Below, piece after piece: positions 24,601-39,600 of a DNA stretch of 64,000 bases. Position numbers and translations under genes: made by a program. Every line of letters starts with the position of its first letter. Within the stretch, counting starts at the first letter, position 1. Below the pieces are notes generated by a model that saw only the letters and a list, made by a program, of their open reading frames with translations, was not told the DNA's origin and did no database searches. Source of the stretch: Eutreptiella sp. 'Long Island Sound 2002' (Eukaryota > Protista > Euglenida); the NCBI GenBank assembly GCA_964036045.1, contig OZ038379.1, positions 20,646,001 to 20,710,000 of the forward strand, given 5' to 3'.

Positions 24601-27600
24601 GAAGCAGAAGCAACATTCAGTCACAGATGCAGGTGCAGGAAGTTTCCGAGACGTGTGGCAGACCGGTATTTTGCTGTTTTTGTGGCCAAGTGGGCGGTGG
24701 CCTGTGCACAGGGAACGGAATATATGATGACGGTATTAGTGGATTTGCCCGGGCTCTTGAAGTCAATAAGACGCTGACGTCCCTGAATCTTCAAGGTATG
24801 CGCTGTCCTGACTGAGCCGAGTGGTGTATGGAGGTGAGGCTCAGTGCAAGTTGTCGGGATTTGTGGTGCCTCTCAGGGACTGGTGGGTCGCACGCCTTGC
24901 AGTGTCCCTGTTCCTTGGCAGTCTTCCCATTTTTTTTATATTGGGCGCCCAATCGGTTACCCATTGCAGGTTCCACTTGGTTCTTTTGGTCTCCGACCCT
25001 GTCCCAGGGCTGGGAGAACGCTTTCTGCACGCCGCAGGGTAACAGAAACATGGTTCATTGCAAACTGTTGAGCAAACAAACCTGATATCCAAGAAACGAT
25101 GCATATTGATCTTTTGACACCATCGCTCCATCAATGTGAAGACTACGGCTCCGGCTCAATAAGCAACAACAATTTCAATGCAAGTCACATGGGCTTCAGT
25201 TTTTAGGTCAACGACGTAGAAACAGCAATATTCCACAATTAGGCAGGGTCACCAAACTGTGTGCCGCAGGCGCCACAGGCGTTCTCTGGGGCAATCTGCG
25301 CTGAACCTCTTCATTGTCTGCAATTTCTTGTGTGACAAGTCATGCCGTTGGTTTATCAAAGGGCCTGGAACAGTTACCCTTTGCTCACCTTCGCCGTCCT
25401 GCTCCAGATTTAAACCAGCAATCTTGTTACATGACTTGTAGGAGAGGAAAGCGAGCCATTGGACACGGGTTCACAAATTCAGTGCCCTCGGCCCCACCCC
25501 AAGCGCAGAGGGCGAGCAGCTCTAATGCACATGTTTTTGCCCAAACTCCTCTGTGACATGCTGCTCCAGGAGCAGCACATGGATACCTCTGCACTTGTGC
25601 AACAGGCGCTACAAGGGCGGCTACATGTGATGGATGACGAGCGTTTCGTCCCTGTTGGTTGGTGGACCTCCTCCCATTCTTTCGGGGTGGAGGCGAGGAA
25701 ACTCACCTCGCGACCTGGTGACCTCTCTGCCAGGGGGCACGGGATCAATAGGGCGGCCTCTAACGGTCGTGCCACCTGCTGTTTATATGCTGGTGGCTTT
25801 AGAGTGCAGGCATTACCTGCATCCTCCAATTACATCTGCAGATAATTTTATTGGTCCAGACGGTGCACATGCGATAGGCCGGGCCCTTGAAGTCAACGGG
25901 ACACTGGCAACGCTTTACCTCAATGGTGCGTGGTGTACATGTTCAGAGGGCTTGGGGCTGGGGCTATTGTGGGGAATGTAGCGCAGTGGTCAGGGTAGGG
26001 TTCCACCGGCTGGGTGGGGAGCAGTGCATGCCTGAGCAGCAAGCGTGGATTTGGGGCTATTGCCCTGGGGCATGTCACTAGTTCTGGCACCTGATGTCTG
26101 GGAATGGCAGAAGATTGGTATGGCATTCACAGTCACCCAACGTGAATTGCTCCGGATCGGTCACACCAGCGAAATGCTCCCGGCATACAGTTTTGCCCAT
26201 ACGTGCCGGAGTGGGGCGAATCCTGGCGTCCCGGCTCCTGAATACAGGTCGCAGTGCTGCTTTCCCGCATGGTCAGAACTGCGGTTTACGGAAAGGGGCG
26301 TTGTTGTGTAGTATAAATGGCATGCTCGCCCCAAATGCCACATTCGCAGGGAACGAAATCGGTGACCACGGTGCCGGTTCAATTTGCCGGGCCCTGGAGG
26401 TCAACGGGGCGCTGAGAACGCTTCACCTGGAAAGTATGTGGGATGCATGCACCATCCTCCAGAATGCTCCTCGTGGTTCAGTTCAGCTCTTACGGGGTAT
26501 TTGGTTTTGTGCAGGGCTGTCTCCTGAACCAGCATGTTTTGCGTCATCACCAGTGGTGCGTCTTCCTAAGGCGAATGCAACAGTCCTCTTTTTGTTGTAC
26601 GCAAGAAGCAGCTCTCAAAAAGGGTGAATTTTCAATGCTCTTGGGCATCCTGTTTTAATTTGTGCATATGGCAAGTCATTATCTGTATTTTTGGGTGCAG
26701 AGCCCCAACTTGCCAACTTTTTGGGTATTTCTTTTCATCTTCAATGCTTTGCATGGTTCATCAATCTAACAAAAATTAATGCCCAAAAGGAGGAACAAGC
26801 AAGGCCCAGGAGCCCCTTTGCAGGGAGTTATGGTTGCCCTTGCCTAGGGTGCCAGTCGAATCCCAGGGTCAAAGTTTGAGCACAAGGCAGAGCCTGAGAC
26901 CAATTTGACCCTCATCATTGGCAGAGGGTGGCAGATGGATCATCTCCCCTGCACTGTGCGTGGAACCACTGGCTAAGCTCCACTACAGCCCTACACACCA
27001 GAACATTTCCGCAATTGCCCGCGAAATTTCCTATGCTTTTTTTTGGCAGCTTCTGCGAAATTTCCCACAGCGCAAGTTACCACGCGAGATCGACTGGGCA
27101 CCAAATCCCTCCTGTTGAGGTGACACTGCGGTCACAAGTCCCGTGGGGTGGGGTTCATGTCCAGCGGCCAACAACGGGAAGTACCGCCAGCACTCCAAGG
27201 GGTTTGCTCCGAGGGGGGACCACTGGCACTGCCCCTAGGACCACGATGAGGGCACAACCGTGCTACCCCTGAGCACAAAAGGTGCCTGCCCTCCTCGGTG
27301 GCCCCTTGGCGAGTCTGGGGTGCATTCAGATTTTGTGCAGGAGCAACGGCCTGTTGTCTAAGAAGTTCTCACCCTATGTTTGGGTGTTGTGACTCGCCGG
27401 AGGATCACGAGGGCGGAGGGTCTGCTCGAATGAGGGGTCCCCCCCCCCCCCTCCCCGCCCCCCTCCTGGCCTCAGCTACACTTAATTACCGAAGGTCCTC
27501 TTCCAACTCTCTGAACCACCCCCGACCTACGTACCTGCCCTCCCATTTATTGGGATAGCTCACATACACCCCTTCCGGCCAGCGCCCCCCCCCCCCCTTT

Positions 27601-30600
27601 GGGCCATTTTTGGTCTTCTGTGTGGGTTCATGATGCAAATCGAAAGGGCTGAGGCGTGATCATAAGAAGTAATACCAGTACCATCTGTGCCCTGAAGCCT
27701 CAGATCTGAAATCGTTGAAGTTTCCCTCATTGAATTTTGTTCAAATTCTTGAGACAGAATGTGTGCGACGGCGCTGCGCGCAAGGGCTGCATTGCACCCA
27801 TTTACAGGGACCGCAATTGGTGCTGCTGGTGCAAGTGGGATTGGCAGGGCGCTTGAAATCAATCAGGCACTCACGACGCTGAAAGTTGGAGGTATGCGGT
27901 GTACATACTGGAGCACAATGCCAGCTATCCCCATTGCAAGCGGCACGCAACCCCCCCCCCCCCCCCAATGGATGGTGCAAACAGGGCAAGGCGGACCACG
28001 CTCACCACAAATGGCGCAGAGCGCAGAAGGGAATCGCGTACCACAGGCGTAGCTCCCAGGTAGGCCTCGGCGAAGGAAGGCCTGGTAGAGCGTGAGGGCC
28101 TGCCACAGCTCCGTCGCACTGCATTGCCGGGGTGGCCTGCAGTGGACAGTTGAGCTTGGGCCGGTAGTGTGGGGGTTGGTCCCTAAAGATGGACTGGGCA
28201 CTGCCGTGCACTCTTGTGGGGCGTGTTGGTGGACGGGGCTGCTCACTACCGCCAGCAAGGAAGATACTCCGCCGTGGACAGAGTGCGGATACTCTGAGCG
28301 AAGATATTTCTGCAACGCGCTCACCATGAATGGTGCAGAGCGCAGAAGATATTACTGCAACGCACTACCAGCAAGTCACACATTGGTGAGCTACAACCCA
28401 TTGCCTTGTGTGACATTCACGTTGCTGGTTGTGGTGAGTACCTCCCAGCCTGGGGTCTTCGTGATGACCGAATACCGGGCACTGATCAGGCCGTCAGGGG
28501 AGGACGCCATGGGCAGAAGTTGCATTCTGGATTCCCACCCAGGAAGGTGGATGCCCGCGGCAGTGCGGATGCCCGCAGTAGTACGGGTGCCTGCTTGTCA
28601 TAGCAGAAGGTTCAAAGGCGAGAGGCCAATAGGCGCCGCCACAGGCTAACAGAGCCAACCACCAAAGCCTTGTGCCAACCCCCCCCGCCCCAAGAGATCC
28701 ATGCCACCCAGTGACTTACGCCCCCCCCCCCCCGTTTGCAGCACACAGGCATAGAACAGGAAATGCCACCGGATCATGGATTGCCAATAAGCGTGAACCA
28801 GTTACTTCTTCCTGAGCTGCATCCGTTAGATTAGCACATCAATATTGTGATTCCTTCAGCTGGCCATGCACTACACACCTGTGGAGTCAGACATTACCGC
28901 AGGCCTTGTCACGGGGGGCGCTTACCTGTGAGGCCTGACACCAACCCCCCCCCACCCCCTCTGGACCCCCCAAGACTAGGGTTGGGGGTGGGCGTTAGGG
29001 TCAGGGTTGGGTTTAAGGATGTTGGGGGGCAAAATGGACAAAATTTTCCTTCGGGCGCCTTTGTTGCCTATGGAGCGCCGGGCACCTTCGGTGCCCATGG
29101 ACTCCAAAGGTCGGCTACTAACTGTTGGCTGGGGGCCCCTAAGGGGGGGGGGGGGCAGTTGGCGTACTAGGACCCGTGGAGTCGCACCCCTCGTGGCCCC
29201 ACGCAGCGATGAATTACTCAGCAACATCTCTCCACTGAACATGCCCATGGTTAAACGCCAGGACTATGTTGCGTGTCTTGGTTGTCAACACCACAAAAGG
29301 AGTCCAAACATAAACGGCTCTATGCTCCGCCGCGCTTACAATACATGCCTATGCAACAGCCATTTTCAAGGGGGCGGTCGGAACTGGCTTGTGTTAAATG
29401 GTCAATTTGATGATTGACCGGGAAGCAGCGTGCTGCATCAAATTTTCCATTGCGCTTGGGGTGCGCTTTTCACTTGCATGTACACAAACCACAAAAATCA
29501 TCGGGGAGAAACGAACAGAAATGGGGGGACGGGCTCTTGGGGTCCAAGATCTGCATCTAAACAAGACATTTCCACAAAGTACAAATGTGAGAACTGCACA
29601 AAAAAAATGCAATTCAACTCAGACACCACCTTTTCCTTGCAAAGTCTTTTACAGGCACGCCGCAGGGTGTGCAGGCACCATAGGAAAAAATTTCTCGTTG
29701 GGTTAGCGAGCTCAGGTTCCCAGAATTGGCCCACGCAGTCTTGCAGGCTCAAAGGGGATGATTGGATCGTTAACAATTGATGCTCCTTTGTATCAATGTC
29801 AACCTCCAACTTCAAAATTTGAGACAACCCCAAGATGGCGTAAGAATCGGTCAATGGGTGCTGCCAATACTGGCCCCATTTTTTGGAAAAACGACCCGAA
29901 ATCACGAAAGAGGTTAAAGCAAGCAGCATTTGTTGGAGGTGAATGCAACGCAGCGTATACCCTTTCGGAACCGCCGGCTCAAATGGTGGTGGCACTTGGG
30001 TTTAAGGGCACAAGGAACATGGGGGGTCTGCAGTTCAGTTCCAGACACCAACCCCCGCGGCGTGGGCGGGGGAGGGGTCGGGGAGGGGGGGGGGGGCGTC
30101 GAAAAATTTTCTCCGTTTTGTGGGCATTTTTGAATTCCCCATTTCATTCTAAGCATTTTGAATATACTCAATTGGGGTGAAATTTGGTTTTACCACTCAC
30201 AACAAATGAAAACAGTACCATATTCCAACAGATATACCTGTGAATCAGCAAAGGCTTCCCGGCCAGCAGAAGAAGACACGTAGCAGGGCATTCCCTAACT
30301 CATTGTGAGCATTTAGAATGTAAACAATGAGGGGGAAATCAAGTGTTTTGCAAATTTGCTAGGCTCAAAAAAAAAATCCAGGCGCCGCTAGCGCCCAAGT
30401 TGCCAGTTCAAACCAAGTGCTGACTAGTATGGGTAACCAGGATTGAATATTGGGACCGAGCTGGTGGGGGAAGGAACATCGTCTAGGAGACTTCAACGAC
30501 AAATGAGGTACGCACTCGAAAGTGGATGAAAACGGCTCGGAAGGGGCTCAGAATGAGCTGTATTCATCCGTTTGTGCAACACAACTAGACTAGGATCAGT

Positions 30601-33600
30601 TTTGGAAAACCATGGTTTTGACCCGTTTTTGAGCCCTTTGTCGCCCCAAATTTCCCAAATTTTCAAGGCCCTTTCGGCCTTGAGAGGGGCCAAAATTGCT
30701 CAACATGGGCTCAAAATGGGCTCATTCCACTTGTTTGTGCACCCCGAATGATCCAAAAGCATCTTTGGGAAAACACATTTTCGACCCATTTTTGACCCAT
30801 TTTTGGTCGCAAAACAGGCCATTTTCACGGCATTTTGGGATTTTAGGGGGGCCAAAACGGGCCACAACGAGCTCAAAAAATGTGCCAAAAATCTTTGTTT
30901 TGGCATTCCGTGTGGTCTAGGATCATTTTTGAAAGAAGACATTTTTTTGCACCTGGTGGACCTTGTTGACCCATTTTGGCACCCATCTCTTTGGGCTACC
31001 TCTTGCGGCTTACCGCGGTGCACTGGGCCTAGGTACGGCGGTCTAGGCGTCGGTTAGGGCAATTTTGAGGGGTGGAAACCACCAAAATTGGATGGTTGCG
31101 GGTGGATTAGGTGCGCTCGAAATCGCGGTTTGAGCCACGTAGCCCAAGATATGGTTTGTTCATGGTTTGGGGTTGCCGGCGGCCAATGTGCACAAATTCT
31201 AGGGCTTTTGGGGGCCTTTTGGGGGCAGTTTGCGGACATATTGTGGAGTTAGAGGGCCCTAGAGGGCCCTTCGGCACAGGGAAGTCTAGCTGCATGTGTA
31301 GAGTAGCCACTATTTTCCTTCATTTAGCTGTTTTCAGCAGGTTCTAGGGCATTTTTGGGCAAAAAAAGGCCGCTTTTAGCCCTAAATTGCAGAGTTTGAA
31401 ATGGAGGTCCGGCACTTGCAACGCCCGTTTCCGGCCACCACCGTTTACTTTTTGGCTCATACTTTGTGTGGTGGTCCCTCACACCCATAGGTAGCATCCA
31501 CCAAAAAATGTTTTTGCCGAATCCGAAGCACCACCACGGAGATGTGATTTCCCCCCATTTTCGCGCGTGCTTGCTGCTTGCTGCTTGCTGCTTGCTGCTT
31601 GCTGCTTGCTTGCTGCTTGCTTGCTTGCCAAACCTGTTAGGTCCACCCTGGACACTAAAGAGGGTTATAAAACCAAGATTGGTTCCACCAGCACGGTGAC
31701 CCCAGCCCTAGCCTTAACCAGGTCTGAATATTGGGACCGAGCGGGTGGAGGAAGGAACATCGTATAGGAGACTTCAATGACAAATGAGGTACGCACTGGA
31801 CAGTGGATGGCGGCTCAAAAGGGGCTCAAAATGAGCCGTGTTCATCCGTTTGGACACCACAACTGGACTAGGATCAGTTGTGGAAAGCCATGGTTTTGAC
31901 CCGTTTTGGAGCCATTTGGGGACCCAAAGTGGCCCATTTTCAAGGCCCTTTCGGCCTTGAGAGGGGCCAAAATTGCCCACATGGGCTCAAAATGGGCCCA
32001 TTCCACTTGTGCGTGGACCCCAAATAGTCCAAAAGTATGTTTGAAAAAACACATATTTTTGATCCATGTTTGACTGATTTTTCGTCGCAAAACAACCTAT
32101 TTTCAAGGCATTCTATTTGTGACTTTGGAGTGGCCAAAATGGCTTGCAATGGGCTCAAAAAGGGCTCATTTCTCATGTTTAGGCAGCCCAAATGGTCTAA
32201 GATAATTTTTGGAATAACACATTTTTGACCCATTTTGAACCCATTTTTGGTCCCAAAACAACCCATTTTCGAAGCATTTTGTGTATGGAGGGGCCAAAAT
32301 GGCTTGCAATGTGCTCAAAAGGGGCCCATTTCACGTGTTTAGGCACCCCAAATGGTACAGGATCATTTTTGGGGAGAACACATTTTTAACCCAAAACAGC
32401 CCATTTTCAAGGCATTTTGTGATTTTAGGAGGGCCAAAATAGGCCACCACGGGCTCAAAACGCACCTAAACCACTTGTTTTGGCATTCCAAGTGGTCCAC
32501 AATGATTTTTCAAAAACGTCACTTTTTGCGGCCGATGGACCTTATTGACCAGTTTTGGCACCCACCTCCTTGGGCTACCTCTTGCAGCTTGCCGCAGCCC
32601 ACTGGGCCTAGGTATGGGGATCTAGGCGTCGGTTATGGCAATTTTGAGGGGTGGAAACCACCAAAAGTGGGTGGTTGCGGGTGGATTAGGTGCGCTCGAA
32701 ACCGCTTTTCTTTTTTTGAGCCACGTAGCCCAAGGTATGGTCTGTTCTTGGTTTGGGGCTGTCGGCGGCCAATGTGCACAAATTCTAGGGCTTTTGGGGG
32801 CCTTTTGGGGGCAGTTCGTGGACATACTGTGGAGTTGGACTAGAGGGCCCTTTGGCACGGGGAAGTCTAGCTGCATGTGTAGAGTAGCCACTATTTCCCT
32901 TCATTTTGCCGTTTTCAACAGGTTCGAGGGCGGTTTTGGGCAAAAAGAGGCTGATTTTGGCCCTAAATTGCAGAGTTTGAAAAGGAGGTCCGGCACTTGC
33001 GACGCCTGTTTCCGGCCGCCACTGTTGAGTTTATTGCTCACTTTGTGTGGTCGTCTCACACACCCATAGGTAGCATCCACCAAAATTTTGGCCAAATCTG
33101 AAGCACCACAACGGAGATCTGATTTCCCCCATTTCGCACGTGCTTGCCGCTTGTTGCTTGCTTGCTGCTTGCTTGCTTGCTAAACCTGTTAGGTCCACCC
33201 TAGACACTAAAGAGAGTTATAAAACCAATACTGGTTCCACCAACTCGGTAACCCTAGCCCTAGCCCTAACCAAGATTGAAAATTGGGACCGAGCGGGTGG
33301 GGGAAGGAACATCGTATAGGAGACTTCAAAGACAAATGAGTTACGCACTCGAAAGTGGACGAGACCGGCTCAAAAGAAATGAGATGTATTCATCCCTTTG
33401 GGCACCACAACTGGACTAGGATCATGTTTGGAAAACCATGGTTTTGGCCCGTTTTTGCGTCATTTGTGGTCCCGAATTGGTCCATTTTCAAGGCCCTTTC
33501 GGCCTTGAGAGGGGCCAAAATTGCTCAACATGGGCTCAAAATGGGCTCAGTCCACTTGTGCGTGGACCCCAAATAGTCCAAAAATATCTTTGGAAAACCA

Positions 33601-36600
33601 CATTTTTGATCCATTTTCTACTGATTTTTGGTCCCCCAACAGCCCATTTTCAAGGCATTTTGTGACTTTGGAGTGGCCAAAATGGGTTGCAATGGGCTCA
33701 AAAAGGGCTCATTTCACTTGTTTGTGCACCCCAAATGGTCTAGGATCATTTTGGAAAAACACATTTTTGACCCATTTTTGACCCATTTTTGGGAGCAAAA
33801 CAACCCGTTTTCAGGGCATTTTGGGATTTTAGGAGAGCCAAAACGGGCCACAACGGGCTCAAAATGCGCCAAAAATACTTGTTTTGGCATTCCGTGTGGT
33901 CTATCTAGGATCATTTTTGAAAAAAGATTTTTTTTGCACATGGTGGACCTTGTTGACCCATTTTGGCACCCACCTCTTTGGGCTACCTCTTGCAGCTTGC
34001 CGCAGCCCACTGGGCCTAGGTACAGGAGTCTAGGCGTCGGTTGGGGCAATCTTGAGAGGTGGAAATCACCAAAATTGGGTGGTTGCGGGTGAATTAGGTG
34101 CGCTTGAAATTGTGTTTTGAGCCATGTAGCTCAAGATATGGTCTGTTCACCAAGCTAGTAGAACCAGTCTTGCTTTTATAACCCTCTTTAGTGTCTAGGG
34201 TGGACCTATCAGGTTTAGCAAGCAAGCAGCAAGCAGCAAGCAAGCAGCAAGCAGCAAGCACGCGCGAAATGGGGGGAAATCACAGCTCCGTCGTGGTGCT
34301 CCAGATTCGGCCAAAATTTTGGTGGATGCTACCTATGGGTGTGAGGGACGACCACACAAAGTATGAGCCAAAAAGTAAGTAAACGGTGGCGGCCGGGAAC
34401 GGGTGTCGCAAGTGCCGGACCTCCATTTCAAACTCCGCAATTTAGGGCCAAAATCAGCCTTTTTTTTGCCCAAAACCGCCCTCGAACCTGTTGAAAACGG
34501 CAAAATGAAGGGAAATAGTGGCTACTCTACACATGCAGCTAGACTTCCCTGTGCCGAAGGGCTCTCTAGGGCCCTCTAACTCCACAATATGTCTGCGAAC
34601 CGCCCCCAAAAGGCCCAGAATTTGTGCACCTTGGCCGCCGACAGCCCCAAACCAAGAACAGACCGTACCTTGGGCTACGTGGCTCAAGAAAAAACGCGGT
34701 TTCGAGCGCACCTAATCCACCTGCAACCACCCAATATTGGTGGTTTCCGCCCCTCAAAATTGCGCTAACCGACGCCTAGATCCCCGTACCTAAGCCCACT
34801 AAGCTGCGAGACGTAGCCCAAAGAGGTGGGTGCCAAAATGGGTCAATAAGGTCCATCGGCCGCAAAAAAAAATGACGTTTTTCAAAAATGATCGTGGACC
34901 ACATGGAATGCCAAAACAAGTGGTTTTGGCGCGTTTTGAGCTCGCGGTGGCCTGTTTTGGCCCGCCTAAAAGCCCAAAATGCCTTGAAAATGGGCTGTTT
35001 TGGGACAAAAAAATGCGTCAAAAATGGGTCAAAAATGTGTTTTTCCAAAAATGATCCTGGACCATTTGGGGTGCCTACACAAGTGAAATGAGCCCTTTTT
35101 GAGCCCATTGCAAGCCATTTTGGCCCCTCCAAAGTCACAAAATGCCTTGAAAATGAGCTGTTTCAGGACCAGAAATGGGTCAAAAATCTGCTTTTCCAAA
35201 AATATTTTTGGACTATTTGGGGTGCACAAACAAGTCGAATGAGCCCAATTCGAGGACATTGCAAGCCATTTTGGCCCCTCTCAAGGGCGAAAGGGCCTTG
35301 AAAATGGGCCAATTCGGGACCACAAATGGCTCAAAAACGGGTCAAAACCATGGTTTTCCAAAAATGATCCTTGTCCAGTTGTGGTGCCCGAACAGATGAA
35401 TACAGCTCAATTTGAGCCCCTTTTGAGCCGCTCTCATCCACTTTCGAGTGCGTACCTCATTTGTCGTTGAAGTCTCCTATACGATGTTCCTTCCCCCACC
35501 CGCTCGGTCATATATATATCCTCCTTCATTCAATCCTGGTTAGGGTGCTGGTGTGGTTAGAGGGTGGGCAAGGGGAAGTAAGGGGAGCCTGTTATTGACC
35601 AACGCTTGGCTTTGGGGGCACATACCCCCCAAATCGCCCCACCTGGAGCCCCCCCCCCCCCCCAACCATCCCTCCCTGACCCCCCAGCAACCGACCCTCC
35701 CGGGACCCCCCCCCCCTCCCCCAGGGGGCCTCCGGCCAATGGTTAGTGTGTGCACCCCCCATGCGTGGGGCTTGGCTGAGGGGGATGTTGACAGCCAATC
35801 TCCTTTATTTTCATTGCTTTGATGTTGGGAAACAGTGTGGTACTCTAGTGAAAAATAGAGAGGCCCGAATCATGTGGTGCGCCTGCAGCGCGCTTCGAAA
35901 CGTTCTCCAAGTGTTCACTGGAGCGAACTCACAGGGTACCTGAATCCGTCCGTTCAAGCATGTCTAGGAGAAGCCCTGCGGCCCAGTCCAGTGCAAATAC
36001 AAATTTATAAGGCCACTGAAAAGCAAGTGGGTAAGGGAGTTTACTGTGCACACACCAAGATCCGGACATTCTCTGCGCGCGCTCCATCAGTTGGGCCCGC
36101 CGTGCGCACACACCCGGTATTTGCAGGGAACGGCATCTGTGCCGATGGCGCGGGCAAGATTGGCCGGGCCCTTGAAGTGAATGGGGTGTTGAAAACGCTT
36201 GACCTTGCAGGTATGCAGTGTATCAGTATCAAAATCAGGTGTGCGTGTGTGCGCATATAAATTGCTAAACCCTAGTTGCAGCTGGCCCTGAGCACCAGTC
36301 ACCTGCTGTCTGTGGCTTACCGCTGGCTGCTTCCCGCAGGTTAGACCTGCTGGCAGCTGGAATAACCCTTCGGGACAGGGTTTACACTTGTTTCTTAACC
36401 ACTTTTCTTGCTCCATTATTGTTTTGTGGTTCCCAAGTGTGTGTCTGCGCATGCGTGCGTGTGCGTGTGTTCGTACCATGTGTGTTTGTGTGCGTGTGTG
36501 TGTTTGGGGAGGCGATTACTGGGCATTGGCAATGTTGGAGCACCAGGCGCTGCACGGGGGCAGGCTTTGTTCCCGTGCCTCCAGTTGGAGTGTGGGTACC

Positions 36601-39600
36601 CTACACAACACAGATAGAGGCATAGTCGCACTGGATCCTGCAACAAACACCAGCCCAGGTGCCCACACTGACAAAGGCGATGGACAGGGGATATAGCCCT
36701 GACAACACCTTCATCCACCATGGCAGTTTCATTTGATTGCGCTCTGATGAGGGATATGTGACACTGCAACATAATACGTGCAACAAAATAGAATAAGTTG
36801 CGGATCTAACCAATCAGCTAATTCTTGGCTCGTTGAAAGGCATTCACTAATATTTGGAATTAAATGGCATTCAGAAACTGCATCACCAGATCGCTCTTCA
36901 AGAGCAAGAAGCTGCAGCGGTCTACTACAGCAGCTTCAAGGGGTTCCACAACGCCGCTGAATCCATCGAAGTGGCCAAACAATGCACATTTCCAAAACGC
37001 AGAGATTGCTAAGGGTCGCTGCTGAAAGAGTCAGATTGTTATTCCAAGGACGATGCTTGTGATTCCATTCTGTCACACGTCATCGTTCTGGAAGTTTGTT
37101 GGGTCTGGCAGGTCTAGAATGTATGTAGTAACCAGTTTTACCTCAAACAGGTAATCGAGTTGGTAATGATGGTGCAAGTGCGATCGGCCAGGCCCTTGAA
37201 GTCAACAAGGCACTGACTATACTTCACCTCAATGGTATGCGCTGTGCATGTTTTGATTGCAGTAAGGGATATTTGGTGGAAGGTGCCCTAGTGGTAGTTG
37301 GGGGGATTGGGCGCTGCAGAGAAAAGGCGCTTGGCAGGTGGACAGATTGAAAGTTAACTGAGTTGGTGGCCGAGGCACAGTCCGATGTACTGCCTACTTT
37401 AGCACACCTATTACAGGGCCGTGGATGTTACCACACTTTGTCTATTTTGGTGCATGTCCCGGGGGGGGGGGGTGTCTGTGTGAATCGCGTCCCCAGCATA
37501 GACCCCCTCCCTAAGGTAGGCAAACTGTGATCGGCTGTGCGTTGCTGTGCTACCCTGTCGACCCTCTCCCCCTCTCCCCATCTATGTTCTCTGCCCCCCA
37601 TTGCAACCCGTCCCTCCCTTGTTGACTGACCTGTGCTCAGGCCTGAATTAGAATATTTTTTTAGCCAAAGGTGTTGCCCAGCCCCCCCCCCCAACCCCAC
37701 ACACACACACCCTTCAAGCTCCCAGAACATCTTAGCTAAACAAGACAGTTTTTATTTTTCGGGGTTTTGTAGGTTCGTCCCATTCATTGAGGGTTAACAC
37801 TGATTGCATTTGGGTTCCCGGGGACTGGGGGACTCGAACTTTCGCTTTAAGGGGGGGGGGGGGGTCACGGGTCCCCCTGGCTGGACCCCTCCGCCCCAAA
37901 AAAAAAGGCTCCCGTGATGGGACCCCGCAAAACCCACCTAGGGAGAACCGTGGTTACAATGGCGGTGGTATTTGATTTTAAGGCACTTGGCCCCGGGTCA
38001 TTTCCGGCCACACGGGTGCAGCTCCCCACCATGACCTTCCACAATCACCACACAGGCTTTCTGAGCTATGATCAGCCAGAGTCAAAGTCAAAAGTACAAT
38101 CAGAGGCAGAGTCATAGTCGGAGTCAGAGTCGCAGTCAGAGTTAGAGTGAGAAGTGGCTATTTCACCTCTGCCTCCTCGTGGGTTGGGGTGAATGTGGCT
38201 ACATAACTTCTGCCTTCTTGGGGTTCCCAACAAGGGGATTAATCAGAAGTGGTGACTTAGCCCCTACCTTCCCAGGGGCCCATATGTGGGTGGAATGGCT
38301 CCATAACTCCTGCTCAGGGGTCCCCAATGCTTAGCGCAGGGACGAAATCAGAAGTGGCTACTTACCCACTGCCTTCTCGGGGGCCCACATGCGGGTGGAA
38401 TGGCTAAAAAGATGAATTGCATATTGTCCATGGACATAGTGCTGCATGCTGATGCATGCTGACAATACTAGGTTTGGGAAAGGATCATAATCATCTTGCC
38501 AGAGAGGCGATCCTCATATCTGAAGAACTATATGGCTCCTATCAACACACTAGTATCAACGGGCGCTGGCAATTTGACATTTGAACTTAAAAAACCTTTC
38601 GATGGGTACTGAAAGGAATGGGAAAATAAAGTAACTAGGGAAGTCAGTCTTTCGCTTTTGGGCGAGTGGGGATCACGGGAGCCCCCCAAAACTGGGGTGG
38701 GGGTCTTGGAAAAGGCTCCCATGACAAGGACCATTATTGGGGATGCTTGAGAAAGCAGGGATTATGTAGCTATTCCGCCCACATGTGGGCCCCTGAGAAG
38801 GGGGTAAGTAGCCATTTCTGATTTTGTCTCCTTGTTGGGGACCACCTATAAGGCACGCGTTAAGTAGCCACTTTTGATTTTGTCCCTGCGCTGGAGCGTT
38901 GGGGACCCCTGAGAAGGCTTGGGCTGCTTTGTCCATGTGTTTTGCTTACCAAGACTTTGGGTGTTTGCTGTTACACCGTCACTGGTGCCCTCGCCCCCCC
39001 CCCAGTCCAGACTCTCCACCCACCCCCAACCTCCCAAGCACAGCGTTGCTGGTACTCCATGCAGTCACCCTTGGACGGGGTACCTGTACGCCCACAGCCG
39101 GACGGCCACCACCTTCCTTCCCCACCATTTCGCCGCTTCCATAGTTTGTCGTTACAAGCCGGGTGGGGGGGGGGGGAGACAGGCTGTGCACGCAGCAGGT
39201 TCCCCTAACTGTTTCGGTCACCCCTGAAATGAAGGAATATTGAGTGTGTCATCAGGAAAATGGAAAAGGGATCGGCTCCCCCTGTCCGATGCGATACGTT
39301 GGACTAGGTATGATAGTTACTTAGACCGCTTAAACTGCACCCCCCCCCTTTTTTGCACCCCAAAGAAGGCACAGGAGATGAATCTAATGGAATGCAGAAT
39401 CCCCACATTTTCACATCAAAAACAACCATTCTGAATTGCCGTCATTTCAAAAATATTTCTTTGAGCCATCGTAGGTGCAGGCACCTTGGTTTACCAAAAC
39501 AAGTTTTTTTTTCGGGTTTAGTGCGCTAGGCTTCATGCACTCAACTCTTTCAATGGGTGGTTTTTGTCCATGTGTTGTGCAAAGAAAATATGATGGCAAC

